Shown: positions 12,429 through 25,790, counted from the whole stretch's first letter. The stretch is 63,675 bases of DNA, filler included, from Octopus bimaculoides (GCF_001194135.2; 5 parts of 5 records of this genome joined end to end with filler, not necessarily neighbours in it), one strand, 5' to 3'. The notes: generated from the letters alone by a model not told the origin. Made by a program: numbers and translations.

Positions 12429-12750
12429 TAATTCAATAGATCGAGTTCCTCCTGTTTAACTAAGATACATTGTTTAAAAATACAGAAATAGTTGTACACT
12501 TCAGAAGATAAAATTCATTGCAAAACAAATAGTTGTGTTAAGAAGAAAGATTAACGATGTCCGAATAACATTATCACTTACCTCTAACCAGTACCAACCC
12601 ATCACTGTGTCTACTACTTACACACTGACAAGATCTCAATCTGTAAATAACATGTTTTCTAAAACCCCCAGCACCGTCACCGACCCATTCTCCAAGATAA
12701 AGAGACAGAGAGATAGATAGATAAATAGATAGATAGAAAGAGAGAGAGAA

Positions 12751-12809
<59 letters not shown>

Positions 12810-13577
12810 AATAGATAGATAGATTGAGAGATAGACAGACAGACGGACAGACAGACGGACAGACAGACGGACAGACAGACTGTAAGATAAATTTAGATCA
12901 ATAGTTAGATAAATATATACACACACACACACACACACANNNNNNNNNNNNNNNNNNNNNNNNNNNNNNNNNNNNNNNNNNNNNNNNNNNNNNNNNNNNN
13001 NNNNNNNNNNNNNNNNNNNNNNNNNNNNNNNNNNNNNNNNNNNNNNNNNNNNNNNNNNNNNNNNNNNNNNNNNNNNNNNNNNNNNNNNNNNNNNNNNNNN
13101 NNNNNNNNNNNNNNNNNNNNNNNNNNNNNNNNNNNNNNNNNNNNNNNNNNNNNNNNNNNNNNNNNNNNNNNNNNNNNNNNNNNNNNNNNNNNNNNNNNNN
13201 NNNNNNNNNNNNNNNNNNNNNNNNNNNNNNNNNNNNNNNNNNNNNNNNNNNNNNNNNNNNNNNNNNNNNNNNNNNNNNNNNNNNNNNNNNNNNNNNNNNN
13301 NNNNNNNNNNNNNNNNNNNNNNNNNNNNNNNNNNNNNNNNNNNNNNNNNNNNNNNNNNNNNNNNNNNNNNNNNNNNNNNNNNNNNNNNNNNNNNNNNNNN
13401 NNNNNNNNNNNNNNNNNNNNNNNNNNNNNNNNNNNNNNNNNNNNNNNNNNNNNNNNNNNNNNNNNNNNNNNNNNNNNNNNNNNNNNNNNNNNNNNNNNNN
13501 NNNNNNNNNNNNNNNNNNNNNNNNNNNNNNNNNNNNNNNNNNNNNNNNNNNNNNNNNAGAGAGAAAGAAAGAGAGAG

Positions 13578-13578
13578 G

Positions 13579-13609
<31 letters not shown>

Positions 13610-13670
13610 GGATGGATGGATGGATGGATGGATGGATGGATGGATGATGGATGATGGATGATGGATGGAT
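13578..13670. repeat. (GATA)n grading into (GATG)n
   Basis: Direct reading. Confidence 0.9.
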
Positions 13671-14711
13671 AATCAGTGATGTTTCCTAACCACTGCAGTC
13701 ATCACTCATACGATGAGTGTTTTCATAAAGTAATATATCGATAAATTATCTTGTTATTTCATCCAGTAAATCACTGATGCTCAGCAGGAAGAGTGTCAAC
13801 CCCAGGATATGTCTATGTGGTACGTCTGTCTTGAGTTCATGAATTTTAGAAGACTGGAAGACGGTAGAAACTTTCGGACGTCTCCCTTTCAGGAATAATT
13901 TGATAATGGAAAGAAAAAAGAGGCCCCTACAAGGTAAACCGGTCAGCTTATGAAGCGACGATTTATGCCATACTTAGTTCAACGGTTTAGAAATATCCGA
14001 GAGCAATAACATTGATATCAATGTTGCTATCCACCGTATACTTATCCTATGAGCGATGACATTTGGCAGCAATGGATCTCGAAAACCAAAAACTATAATG
14101 CTTGTCACAAGTAAGATTGATCTATTTATGTGGTTAACTGATAGGTCCAAACAGCTTGATTTTGATGTTCAATAGTCGAATGCGCTTATTATTGAGATGA
14201 GAAGATACCGTCACTAGAGTTCTTGAAAACTGGCCAAACTACACACTTCTCTGTGCTGGGGAATCCTTTCTCCTTGAGACAATAGCTGAATTACTTCGCT
14301 GGAGTTGGATATGTATCACTGGGTAAGGTTTATCATCACGATTACTTGGAATTGATTTGAGCCTGTTGTTTTTTTTTCTTTTTTTGAGAGACCAAAACTA
14401 TAAATTTAGAAACATCCTTGACTAATAGTCCAAATTCAGGTAGAAAGAAGTTAATATGGGTGGAAAAATCCTGCAAAAGCCGCGAGAGTGATCAAGTGTG
14501 GTATTTGATGCAAATTTAGGAAATTTGTCTGAGGACAATGAGATTATTTTATGTCTATTGGTGATTGTGAGAATGAGAGATTACCACGGTTAATTATTCG
14601 ACTAGTTATTCTCCGTAATTCATGTAAGCCTCCTAATCCAAATTTGAAGCAGTTTCAACGTTACTAGTACTGATGTCTTTTAGCATTCTTTGGCACTGGT
14701 TACGTTCATAG

Positions 14712-14783
14712 CAAGAGGTTTCTCAACCTATGTAATACTAAGTTTGCCTACAAAGGTGAAAATAATGGTTGCGAGACCAATAG
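14712..14783. mobile_element. Possible tiny hAT-type MITE remnant
   Basis: Ends caagaggtttctcaacc and ggttgcgagaccaatag resemble the CAGTGGTTCTCAACC TIR seen at 54452. Confidence 0.3.
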
Positions 14784-15404
14784 CAAAAGTACTTTCCGTA
14801 GCAAACGAAAGTTGAAAGTAACGTTTTTGTCAGTATTTTTCATGTGAGAAAAAGAATGATGGAATCCAGTCAGGACTCAGTCAGGAATAAGATGCAACTT
14901 TTCATGCACTAGATCTTCAAAAACATTAAAGTACAGTATCAACCGAGAAAAGAATACTTCCTAATCCACTTTAGAGTATCTAATCACAGTCCAACGGAAC
15001 GGCACATGAAAGTAATCTTTGCTGTGTACACCATAACCACTAATGCTAAATAGGTGTTTCTTCTATATATGGAGATAACGCAATTGCAACTCAAAAAAAT
15101 AGAACTTCTAGTCACCAAGAACTCAAGTATATTAAAATTTTCATTACTGACAGATGGAACAAGAAATAAAAAATCAATAATTTGAGTTCGTGTGTATGTA
15201 TGCATGAATATGTGTACGTAATTATAAAAGCATTCGAGAGCTGATAGGTCGTACCGTCGTTACTCAAACTTTTTCAACACTTGCGATCCTGAAGAATCGA
15301 ACAGGATTAGAAATTATCTGGGAGATGGGAATCTCTTACTAAACACCAACAGGCATCTCAGAGAAATCGTACTATCTCTCAACAAAGCAGCCTCTAGATA
15401 TTTA

Positions 15405-15625
15405 TTTCAAATTTTGGCGCAAGGCCAGTAATTTACAAAGAGGGGATAAGTCTACTACACCGACCCCAGTGTTCAACTGGCATTTATTTTATCGACTTTT
15501 ATCGAACCTGAAAGGATGAAACACAAAGTCAGCTTCAGCAGAATTTGAACTCATTACGTAATGACGAACGAAGTGCCTCTAATCTTTTTGCCCGGCATGC
15601 TAACGCTTCTGCCAACTTGCTACCT
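15405..15625 (-). mobile_element. tRNA-derived SINE, family A (tail type 1)
   Basis: Contains accgaccccagtgttcaactgg..aaaggatgaaa.acaaagtc..gaatttgaactc..cccggcatgctaacgcttctgcca. Confidence 0.85.
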
Positions 15626-16330
15626 TAAGTAGCTTCTTCATATTGCTTGAACAAAACCAACAAGAAACTGGATGAAAAGTGCTCTTTAATCAATGTTACG
15701 TCTGAGCACGAAAACAGAAAAACTATGCTAAATAAAAACCCTTGCATTCGTTGTTCAGATTCGCGATATCCTTCCAGCTGATCAAGCCTGAACTCGTCAT
15801 TACTTGCCCATTGTCAGACGGCTTTTAGTGCAAAACGAAATAAAGAAAATAAGTAGATGAGTCGTCTATACACCAGTGGACTATAACTCCCAGTGATATA
15901 CATCTAGAGCAACTACTTCAACTGCAGATCATACAACAAAGACCTTTTCCAGACATTTTGAATGTAAACGATACCCATGTGATAGTTTAGACTGTATTTT
16001 GATTATTCTACCTCAGATATGTTATATTAAACTCGCCGATGCAAATCTGAGTATCCCTATGCTTCTACAGCAAATTATATATACTGAGTTTGTTGCTTTT
16101 TTATATGAGATTTCGATCTCTTAGTTTGTCATCCCCACTATTCTTCAGGATTGTAAATGGTAAGAAACTTAGAGTAGCAACGGAACGAACCCTTAGCTCA
16201 CAGACGATAACATACATTCATTCATACATTCATACATACATACATACATACATACATACATACATACATACATACATAGACACATACATACAAGCACACA
16301 TAGATACACATATAAATGCATACATACAAT

Positions 16331-16370
<40 letters not shown>

Positions 16371-17354
16371 CATACATACATCTGGATAATCAACCTTAAA
16401 CCTGACAGAGATTTTTGTATATTGATATCGCCTTACATAAAACATTCTATTCACTTCCGGTCAAGGAATGGCATCAATTGCTTTTTTTCATCCAAATATT
16501 CTATATTTAAATTGCTGCATACTAGACATAGCAACGAAAGTCCCTACAATTGTCAATGTACTATCTTGAGAAGAAGAATACATTTTATGATGTAATGTGT
16601 GATCATAGCTGAAACTTTTCTTTTTTTATTACAGGTCTAATCAATCACAGCTGATCTGATGCCAACAACAAAACAATAACTTTTAGTGAACTCCTATGCA
16701 AATGTTAATTTGTACGAGATATTTTGTATTGAAATGAAAAAAACTGTGTCAGCGACTGCAGCAGAGTAGTTCTTAAAGAATCAAATCTTTGAATGCAGGG
16801 TCTATGATAAGGCATATTGATGTCACATGTGTTAGCAATATTTAAGATGTATACAACAAAATTGGAGGATATTTAGTATACTGGATGACAATAAAACGAG
16901 TAAAGGAATGAGAACTGAATAGAGGGTGAAAAACATAGAAAATATATTTTTATCAATAAGAGAGCAGCTGTGATATACTCTACGTAGGAAAGAATGTGGA
17001 AATGAAGTAACTAAAGGATTAGATAACATAGAAATACACAACAATACATTAATATAGTATCGTAAACACTGTAACACCTTTAAAATAATTCAAATAGAGT
17101 TAAGATACTGATCACATTGACATGAAACCAGCGATTCGTAATTTTCGTTTCGCAATAGATTTCAAGTGGCTTATTATTTGCACATCATCTGGTGTTTATT
17201 CCAACTCACACGCATGTATACACACACATACACGCACGCGCGAGTAATATGATGAAAATCTAGTTTAATTCATGACTTCCTTTATTTTCAAAGCAGGTTT
17301 TCAACTCTGTCAACCCTTCTGTCATCATACTGGAAAGGATACAAGGAAAAGGTG

Positions 17355-17490
17355 AATTCCAACGGGGTCGACTTTACCTTTCATCCTTTCGGGGTTGATG
17401 AAATAAGTACAAGTTAAGCACTGGGGTCGATGTAATCGACTTAGACCCTCCACTGAAATTGCTGACCTAATCCCAAATTCGAAACTTATT
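17355..17490 (+). mobile_element. SINE family A, 5'-truncated
   Basis: Contains ggtcgactttacctttcatcctttcggggttgatgaaataagtac..gcactggggtcgatgtaatcgac. Confidence 0.8.
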
Positions 17491-20400
17491 GTTTAGCGCA
17501 CAGATCAGTCTTGAACTTGTCCTCTATAACTCAAAATGTTCCAGCCAATAACATTGTTGTATATTTTTACAAGCAGCAGACTATAATATCCAACGGCCTG
17601 GTGATCTTTCTTTTCCAAGGCAGCAGCCTTTCATTTGCGAGGGATTTGATGCTATTTCTTAGAGCCCGAGCGATTACTTAGAGACTCATTCACTAACGTA
17701 GCTATGCTGTTGAGTCGTATGCACTGTGTAAGAAATAATAACGCCTTTGGATAGAAAGAAGCGTTATGTAGTAAAACACTATCCTGGCATGAATATCATC
17801 CCTTAAAAGAAGCTAAGAATCTATCAATCTAAATATTACGTGAGGAAAACATTATTGTCAATAAGGTATAGTAGGGGAATAGCTGATGATGAAAAAGAAC
17901 TAGGTAAGATAATTATCGAAAAACTAGTGGACGAAGAAAGGAAATGCAAAAGAAATGCATTGTAATTAACCGAACTGGGGCGTAGATTTTGGTTTATCCT
18001 TCATTTTATTTGATAGCTTTATCAACTAATCTATACAACAAAGTACCTCTTTAACCAGAATTTTTTTTTCTTTTTTACAATTCTTTGTCCAATGTATCAT
18101 TCATTTTAGAGTTGGGTGTATCATTGCATTTACTTTCTCTAACGTAAACTTGTTTAAATATTTCAGCTATCTTCATCATTCTAATAATTTTTATCTGTAG
18201 ACATTAGTAATGCAGGATCTAAAGTAGATTTTGGTGCCGCTAAACAAAGTTCTTTTAGTTTCTAAGAAACTGGAAAATTGCCATGTCTTCTAAATGATAT
18301 ATCAATTTTACTATAAATAAATGAAAACTTATTTTCATTTCTTGGCAGTTAGTATCTAAAAAACTAATTTTATTCAGGAAGATGAAAATTTTTTTTGATT
18401 AATTACAGAAAGCAATATGTTTAATATGGATTGACCTGTTCAGCGTAATTCTGTCGTGGTGAGTAATCCTGAAAAAAGAAAGAAAATGGTTGATGATGTA
18501 TGATTGCTAGTTAATGCAGTTAAACTCTCGATTAGCCAACTAAGTCTAAAGGTTGACCATTTTTCATATTCACTTCTATCTTCTATATTAGCATTAAATG
18601 AAAAACGTTGATCTCATATATTTTCAAGGTGTTCATATGCCTCGTGTACTGCTAATAAATACATCACAAACAGTATTGAAATTGTTATGGTAAAGCTGAA
18701 CTTACTGGAATAATTTGCCTTGTTTGTTGTTTATAGATTTGAAACACCTACACAGGGAGTTATTACAATTTATTTGCAGACATTATCTCAGTTAATCGAA
18801 GAATTTCAATGCATTATGATGATACTCTGATATGTTTATCTAGCCTGAGGAACACTCATCTGAGATATATTTCTACAGCTTTGTTGTTAATGTTTATAAT
18901 CAACGTCACTACATTCCCTCTATTTCTATGTACACTGATCTCTTCTAACTTTACCAATCTGTGCTAAATATGCTTCACTGACGAGATCCAAGAAAATCGA
19001 AACCTTTCCTTTGCTTTTACCGGTTGTATTTAAAATTTCTACTTTCAGTTGGAAAGTCTTTATTTTCCAAATATTTGAATAAGCTGATACAATAAGGCTA
19101 TTTCCTTTGCTTGTTTTAGAACTTACACATCTTTGGATGGATTGTTTGCCTTCTAATTGCCAGGATAATCTCAGGTGATTGACGTTTTCAATTCACTATA
19201 TTATATATTTGAGACTCTGCCGTATGTGTATGATATAAGTACTGAAACTAATAATGAACTTCGGCTTAAAACGTCATTATCTGGCTACCCCATAAACGTT
19301 TTTGAAAACTTACGCCATAATTTAGAGTGGTGTCAAAAGCTTTGCCTTTACATTTCCTCTTTAAACATTTCGAAATTTGTTTGGCTTTATAATTATTGCA
19401 ACTGAACAGTCTACTAAAGTTCAACCATATTATTTAGTCTATTTATCTCCAATAAGAACGACTAAACTTCCAGACGCCTTTATAGGAATACAATATTTAG
19501 AAAAATACCACAGATTAAAGCTATATATCTCTAGTTACTTAACTCTGACTAATTCACATTAATGATTTTCCGATGCTTTGTAAATCGCAGTTCAGCTAGC
19601 TAGATATTGCAAGGGCCCACTTTACCGAGTTAGAGGTAATTATGGAATACACTTCGTATACATAAAATGAGTATCTGATAAAAATAATGGCATTCACATT
19701 ATTGACATGATTTTCGTCAATGATTAAACTCAATTCTCATTCTTTATTAGCTATTATCCTCGTTTGTGTCACATCACTTATTCTGGGAAAAGTTTATTTC
19801 CATAGGTTCTTAAATTTCATCTCATTTCTTCCAAAATTTTATGAGAGTCATCAATCTTATTCCACGTTTACAGAATCTCTGCCTATAATAAAACAGAATA
19901 ATATATGTTGCCTCATAAATCTGGATATATTTTATGCATAATTAAAACTACCGATGTTAAAATACATTAAGCTAATCCATTGCAACTTCAGTTCGCTGAA
20001 TTACGTTGTCATAAGCCATGCTACGCATGGTTTCTAAACACACGCTCTGCACTAACGTAATTTCTCTGAAATCTGTACATAGATTTAACTGGTGAAAATT
20101 TGTTCACTATTTAATTATTTTGTACACAGGTAAAGCAATAATCCAAGATTTAATGTCTGTATAGAATCTTTAGATATATTTCTCTGTTTTATTATCCTCT
20201 CGACTTCAGGTGGGAGAAAATATGAGTTGATATGTTTATGTTTCCCAAAAGCCATTTACGACCTAACATAAGAGAAATGGCTGTACCCGGAAATCAGCAA
20301 CTCACTGGCAGTATACAATTTCTCTCTATTAAGAAAGTAGATATTTAATAGCATACTCGAAGTACAGCACAAAACTATTTATGGAATACAGACTAATGAC

Positions 20401-21884
20401 TTGCAAGCTGGATTGTTTTTTTTCCCAAGAAGCAAATGCCGGTGGCACTGTCTTCTTCCAAATATGTTTTTCAAATAACATTTTCTTTTCCAATTGTAGG
20501 TTTACATGACTTTCTTTTGCCACAGCATCAAAACTATCATGATCTCATATTCTTTATCTTCTTCTGATATACACTTAATGTTTTAGGCAGGAACGATTAA
20601 GAGCTGCAATATTGAACCTTACCCATAACTAGCAGCAGCAACAACAGCAGCAGCAGAGGTGAATGAAAACTGAATTCAGTCGGAAATTGACAGACGGCGT
20701 GATGGTATACGTTATCCCTGAACATTTGACCGACAAGAATTCGAAATTAAAATTTGCCGAATTAACTTTTCTCATGCATTTCTTTCACAACGTTTAGCAG
20801 TTTCAAATGATTAGTGCATTCAAATAAATTTATTTGTAGGGAAAACAATATAGTTCATGAAGTTTGTCTCGTATATGACTGGTTCTTATTAATATATAAC
20901 CAGATAGTGCAGAAATATTGAGGAAAAAGTAAAATAGAAGGGAGGAATGTAAAATAATATTCACTATTATGGTGAATGAAAACATCAGCGTTTAATAAAT
21001 AGATATTTCACAGCCTAAATAGATAGTTCACAGCCTAAATTCTTAGCCATGTCAATATCCTAAATAATAATATTAACTAAAATAATATTATAAATTGATT
21101 GGCATCAGCTGGTAGTTAATAGCTTCATCAATATTCTGATACAAAATAGTAAGTACATTATGTAATATTCTATACCAAATTATCTGCTGCGATATATCAG
21201 TAGTCAAATTGTTTTTAACCTGCTATTGTTATTTTTCAACACTACACCAGCTCTGGTCAAGTAGAATGCTTATTTAAAAAGCATATAAGCTTTGATCATT
21301 GAGCCTTGCCAGTAAAAAAAAAAGAAACCTATCTCACAGAGAATACAAAACTATGCGACATATGGATATTGTCATGGCTGAAGCGAACACTTTCTGTTAA
21401 TAATTTTGTATGTTGGGGTTTCATAGACGCCTGTATTAGTTGACTATTAGAGCCATTGTAACTTTTCTCAATAAATCTATTAGAAAACGCTTTTACCATC
21501 ATCAAATGGGTTTGAAACAATGTGTTGAACAGTGGCCTGAAGTCGTATAATGATACATAATGCATAGATTTGTGTGTCGTTAGATAAGTATATATGTTTA
21601 TGATAATGATATATGTATATACACATACACACATTCACGCGTGCGTGCACACACATATTTCGTTTTTGTATTTGGTTTGCAAGATTCTTTATGTGAATTC
21701 GTATATTGAAGCATATTTGGTTGAAGTGGTTACAAGAAGCAACGAACATTTTAGAAGTAAATAAAGAATAAATAAGTAAATGAGTGGAAATTGAGCTGGT
21801 GAGTGTGTTAATTAATGAAGCATTAAAATAGAATGAGTCTCGCCAGACACAACAATATATATGTATGTACATTACATAGTTACA

Positions 21885-22311
21885 CACATATGTAGTAAAA
21901 TGAGCTCTAGTGTAATAAATATCATTAAATACATATACTAATGTGTACGCTTTGTGCATTTTCTGGTGGTTGCAATGGCGTAGCGGAGTATATAACTCAC
22001 AAGTTGCCGATGTTAAAAAACACCCAAGAGTGTTAAAAAAAACACCTAAGACAGGCGGGATAACCCACCTTCAGTCCCATTTGGGAGTGATGGACATCGA
22101 TGTTTCGCCATTTTTGTAGCTTGTCAACGCCACGCACCCGACTAGGTTGAAGACAAGTTATCTAGCCAGTCCAACGAGTTACATGCTCATGATTTGAGGG
22201 TTATATACTCCGCCACGCCATTGCAGCCACCGGAAAATACACAAAGTGTATACATTAGTATATGAATTTAATAATATTTATTATAAGAGAACTTCTTTTA
22301 CTCCATATGTA
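21885..22311. mobile_element. Fold-back MITE with ~110 bp TIRs, superfamily unassigned
   Basis: The left arm 21885-21996 (..tttctggtggttgcaatggcgtagcggagtatataactc) is the reverse complement of the right arm 22198-22311. Confidence 0.75.
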
Positions 22312-22339
22312 AATTTTCTCTTAGGTATGCAATTTCAGG

Positions 22340-22592
22340 GCATACCAGCTCATGATTTTACAAGCTATCAGCATATAGGTCGTTGGTCTGGGTACATCAC
22401 TCACCTAGGTGGGTGCTTCGTGTTGATAGGCTACAGAAATGATGAAACATCGATGACCATCACTCCTAAATGGGATTGAAGGTGAGTTATCCTGCCTGTC
22501 AATGACTCTTGGGTGTTTTCAACACCAATGACTTGAGAATTATATACTCCGCTACGCCACTGCAGCGACCGGAAAATACACAAAGTATATGT
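22340..22592. mobile_element. Second, inverted and truncated copy of the same MITE
   Basis: The interior is the reverse complement of 22000-22190 (cacccaagag..gacaggc.ggataac.caccttca.tcccattt.ggagtgatgg.catcgatgtttc). It ends in the same TIR arm. Confidence 0.75.
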
Positions 22593-23269
22593 GGTTAACG
22601 GCAACAACAACAACAACAATAATAATAATAATACACACACATATATGGGGATGTATATAGATATATCAGTGTGTCAGAGAGAGAAAGAGAGAGAGAGAAA
22701 GCAAATGTACATATAATGATATGTATGTATACTAAAGACATTTATAATACGCAACACAGTGCAAAATAGATCGTTATATAAATTGTATAACGTGTGTTTC
22801 TGGACAGGAAACTTGTCATAAACTAACTCTAACATTACACATAGGATTTTTTCGATGATAGCAAAATTAGTGTCACCATATCCCGGTATCGTGTTTCACA
22901 CATAGCGGTGATGTTGATGTTGCATCTATCTGACCACTGTGCAATTAGAGTTGTCTGACGCTCAGGTCTTTGAGATCTTGTTTTATCAAGTAGTATTCCA
23001 TTCGGCAATGTTCATTGTTTTTCTGCATTCTATCTTACTCCTCGCTGTCTTCCGGAGCGGGAGCAAACCAGCGTAGACCAAGTTTACCTCGGCGGCGTCA
23101 GAGCCAGCATGGGAATCTTTTACCTTTCTTATTTACCATAGAACCGCTTGCAAAATCATGAAGTGAGACTGGCTTTTGCAATTGGCTAGTATTTTTCTTT
23201 CTGTACAACAGTAATGTTGTTCAGCGGGCAAGGACAGGCTAAAACAAGCTAGCTTCAGTGTCATACTGC

Positions 23270-24007
23270 AGCAGCTAGCCGGATGATGCGTTCTTTATCT
23301 CCACCTTTAGGTGATGCCACAGATCACTATCCAGGAGTGGCCTATCACAGGACCTTCTCAGTCCTTTGAGCTGCATATTTATCTTGAGGATGAGATGAAG
23401 ATTCGCAGATGTTAAATCTGACAAATAAGGCGGGTGCTGAAGCAATACCATGTAGTTTTGGGCGAGAAACTTGATGACAGGGTGCATATTTGTCGTGAAG
23501 AATCCAATTCTTCACGTTCCACAGATCCGGTCGCTTTCGCCTAATATCCTCCCTCAAACGCTTTGAAACATCGCAGTAAAACTATCGATTGGCGGTTTGG
23601 ACCTGGGAGACGAATTTTCGATGCACAATACCATGGATGTGGAAAAGACAACGTCCAGGGACGTTCTTCCGCTTTTGAAGCACCCGTGCCACTCGAAACA
23701 ATGCGTATGATCCATTACCCGTCACCGTAAGCTTTCCGAAGCGTGCTCAAAGTTTCTGTAGCAGACTTCCTAATTTTAGCATAAAATTTCAGATTGGCGC
23801 TTTGTTCCAACTACCTGTCCAACTACAGCTTACACATGAGCACAAAAACACAAATTTCATAACTTGAGAAGTAAACACAGCGATGTCAGTCGGCACACTC
23901 TCTCTCTCATGAAGATCATTGTGAGCTTTCCCTGAGCACGCAACAGTTTTGCTACCATCTGTTGGTGCGCTATAAAACTAGTCCAGGAGCATTTTGATCC
24001 CACTTCG
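23270..24007 (-). mobile_element. Mariner internal-deletion derivative, second copy, 3'-truncated
   Basis: TIR actagtccaggagcattttgatcccacttcg plus TA at 24008. Motifs REDIRRKRPDLWNVKNWILHD and HPPYLSDL. Same deletion junction as the copy at 10999-11852. Confidence 0.88.
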
Positions 24008-24231
24008 TATGCACACATATATTACAGAAATAAGCTTATTATATTGTACGATTAATAATTAATATTCTATAACTTATAACCGATGTATTAAGAATTATAA
24101 TCTATGTGATAAGATCTACAAAATTATAAAAATTATATGATTAAATATAATCCAATCATAGGATCTACAATGAATGTGTAAAACCTATAAGTAGCAGAGT
24201 TAATGCAAGTAAGACACATGAAACTGAGATA

Positions 24232-24646
24232 TTTTTTTCTACTCTAGGCACAAGGCCCGAAATTTTGTGGGAGGGAGCCAGTCGAATAAATCGGCCACAG
24301 TACGCAACCCCGAAAGGATGATAGGCAAAGTCGACCTCGGTGGAATTTGAACTTACAAAATAAAGACAGACGAAATACCACTAGGCATTTCGCCCGGCGT
24401 GCTAACGTTTCTTATTTCTTTACTGCTCACAATGGGCTACACACAGAGGGGACAAACAAGAGGACAGACAAACGGATTAATTCGATTTTGTCGACCACAG
24501 TGCGTAACTGGTAATTATTTTATCGACCACGAGAAGGATGAAAGGCAAAATCGACCTCGGCGGAATTTGAACTCAGAACGTAGCGGCAGACGAATTACCG
24601 CTAAGCATTTCGCCCGGCATGCTAACGTTTCTGCCAGCTCGCCGCC
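24232..24646 (-). mobile_element. Two tandem family A SINEs (tail type 1 at 24232-24410, tail type 2 at 24412-24646)
   Basis: Both carry cccgaaaggatga.aggcaaagtcgacctcgg.ggaatttgaact..gcatttcgcccggc.tgctaacgtttct. The head has the B-box-like gagttcaaattcc on the minus strand. Confidence 0.9.
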
Positions 24647-24925
24647 TTTGATTCTTAAATATTAAACAATAAAACATAACTCTATAACATCCTAAATGTC
24701 ATAGATAGTGCTTTTGACAAGAGTTTTTCATCAAGGCATCGACAAGTATAATGTCTATGTATGTATGTATGTATGTATGTATGCATGTATATATGTATAT
24801 ATGTATGTATGCATGTATGTATGTATGCATGTATATATGTATGTATGCATGTATGTATGCATGTCTGTCAGTATGTATGTATTATTGCTATATATATATA
24901 TATATATATATATACNNNNNNNNNN

Positions 24926-24972
<47 letters not shown>

Positions 24973-25131
24973 TAGGTACATACACATATACTTTCATACA
25001 TACATATATACATGGACACACACACACGCATACATATATATATATATCTATATACATGGATAGAGAGAGAGTGTGAGCGAGAGAGAGAGAGTGTGAGCGA
25101 GAGAGAGAGAGTGTGAGCGAGAGAGAGTGTG

Positions 25132-25170
<39 letters not shown>

Positions 25171-25354
25171 CATACATGATCATAGATAACGTGGAAACTG
25201 ATGAGTTAACAATGAAAACTATAAACTAGTATATATATATATATATATATATGTNNNNNNNNNNNNNNNNNNNNNNNNNNNNNNNNNNNNNNNNNNNNTT
25301 AATTAATTAANNNNNNNNNNNNNNNNNNNNNNNNNNNNNNNNNNNNNNNNNNNN

Positions 25355-25790
25355 TATTTTGATCTGTAATGATATTTCTCAATTCCTAACTTTGTGCAAG
25401 GATCGGTAAGTTCGCTTTGGCGATATTAAAGATGTTCTGGTGGCATGGATTTTGTGTCACTATAAATGGAATGATCTTTTCCTGTTTGTCTTTTCTTTGC
25501 GGTGTCCTCAGTTGTTGTATGGGTATTTTCGAAGCCCGCTGAATACCATTTTCTATGAGTCGTGATGGGTATTTTTGCTTCAGCAGAAATTCTTTCAGTT
25601 CCATCAGGCGTTGATTTCTGGTCTCTATATCCTCTACAATAGTATATATTCTCCTGGCTAGGCAGTATGGTATGTTGCGTTTTGTATGGGGTGGATGGCA
25701 CGATTTAAAGTTCAAGTATTGGTGTGTATATATATACATAGTTTCATATACGTCCGACATTGCATACCTTCTTCCATCATTCTTCAGATA
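25355..25790 (-). mobile_element. Penelope-like element RT C-terminal (thumb) fragment with open frame
   Basis: ORF 25386-25760: QYLNFKSCHPPHTKRNIPYCLARRIYTIV...RLMELKEFLLKQKYPSRLIENGI, the PLE YL.F.S.HP...K..IP.....R...I / L....YP motif set. Confidence 0.88.

Noticed and set aside
17570-17660. ADYNIQRPGDLSF, superficially SH3-like
   Set aside because: It stops after a few codons, and the region resembles the degenerate repeat at 57520-57790.
19126-19194. In-frame TGA at the start of a candidate minus-strand exon (selenocysteine?)
   Set aside because: The acceptor has no pyrimidine tract, no SECIS was identified and there is no selenoprotein similarity.
23040-23170. GVR..LLPFLFTIEPLAK, resembling an L1 RT motif
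   Set aside because: Too short and frameshifted to support a call.
24232-24646. Tandem repeated units that might suggest a CRISPR or satellite array
   Set aside because: They are two adjacent SINE copies with different tails; there is no repeat-spacer periodicity anywhere in the window.
25299-25310. TTAATTAATTAA islands inside N runs (also 50510-50521, 58876-58887, 61512-61523)
   Set aside because: The same 12-mer, centred between N blocks and giving stops in all six frames, is an artificial contig-joining spacer rather than biology.
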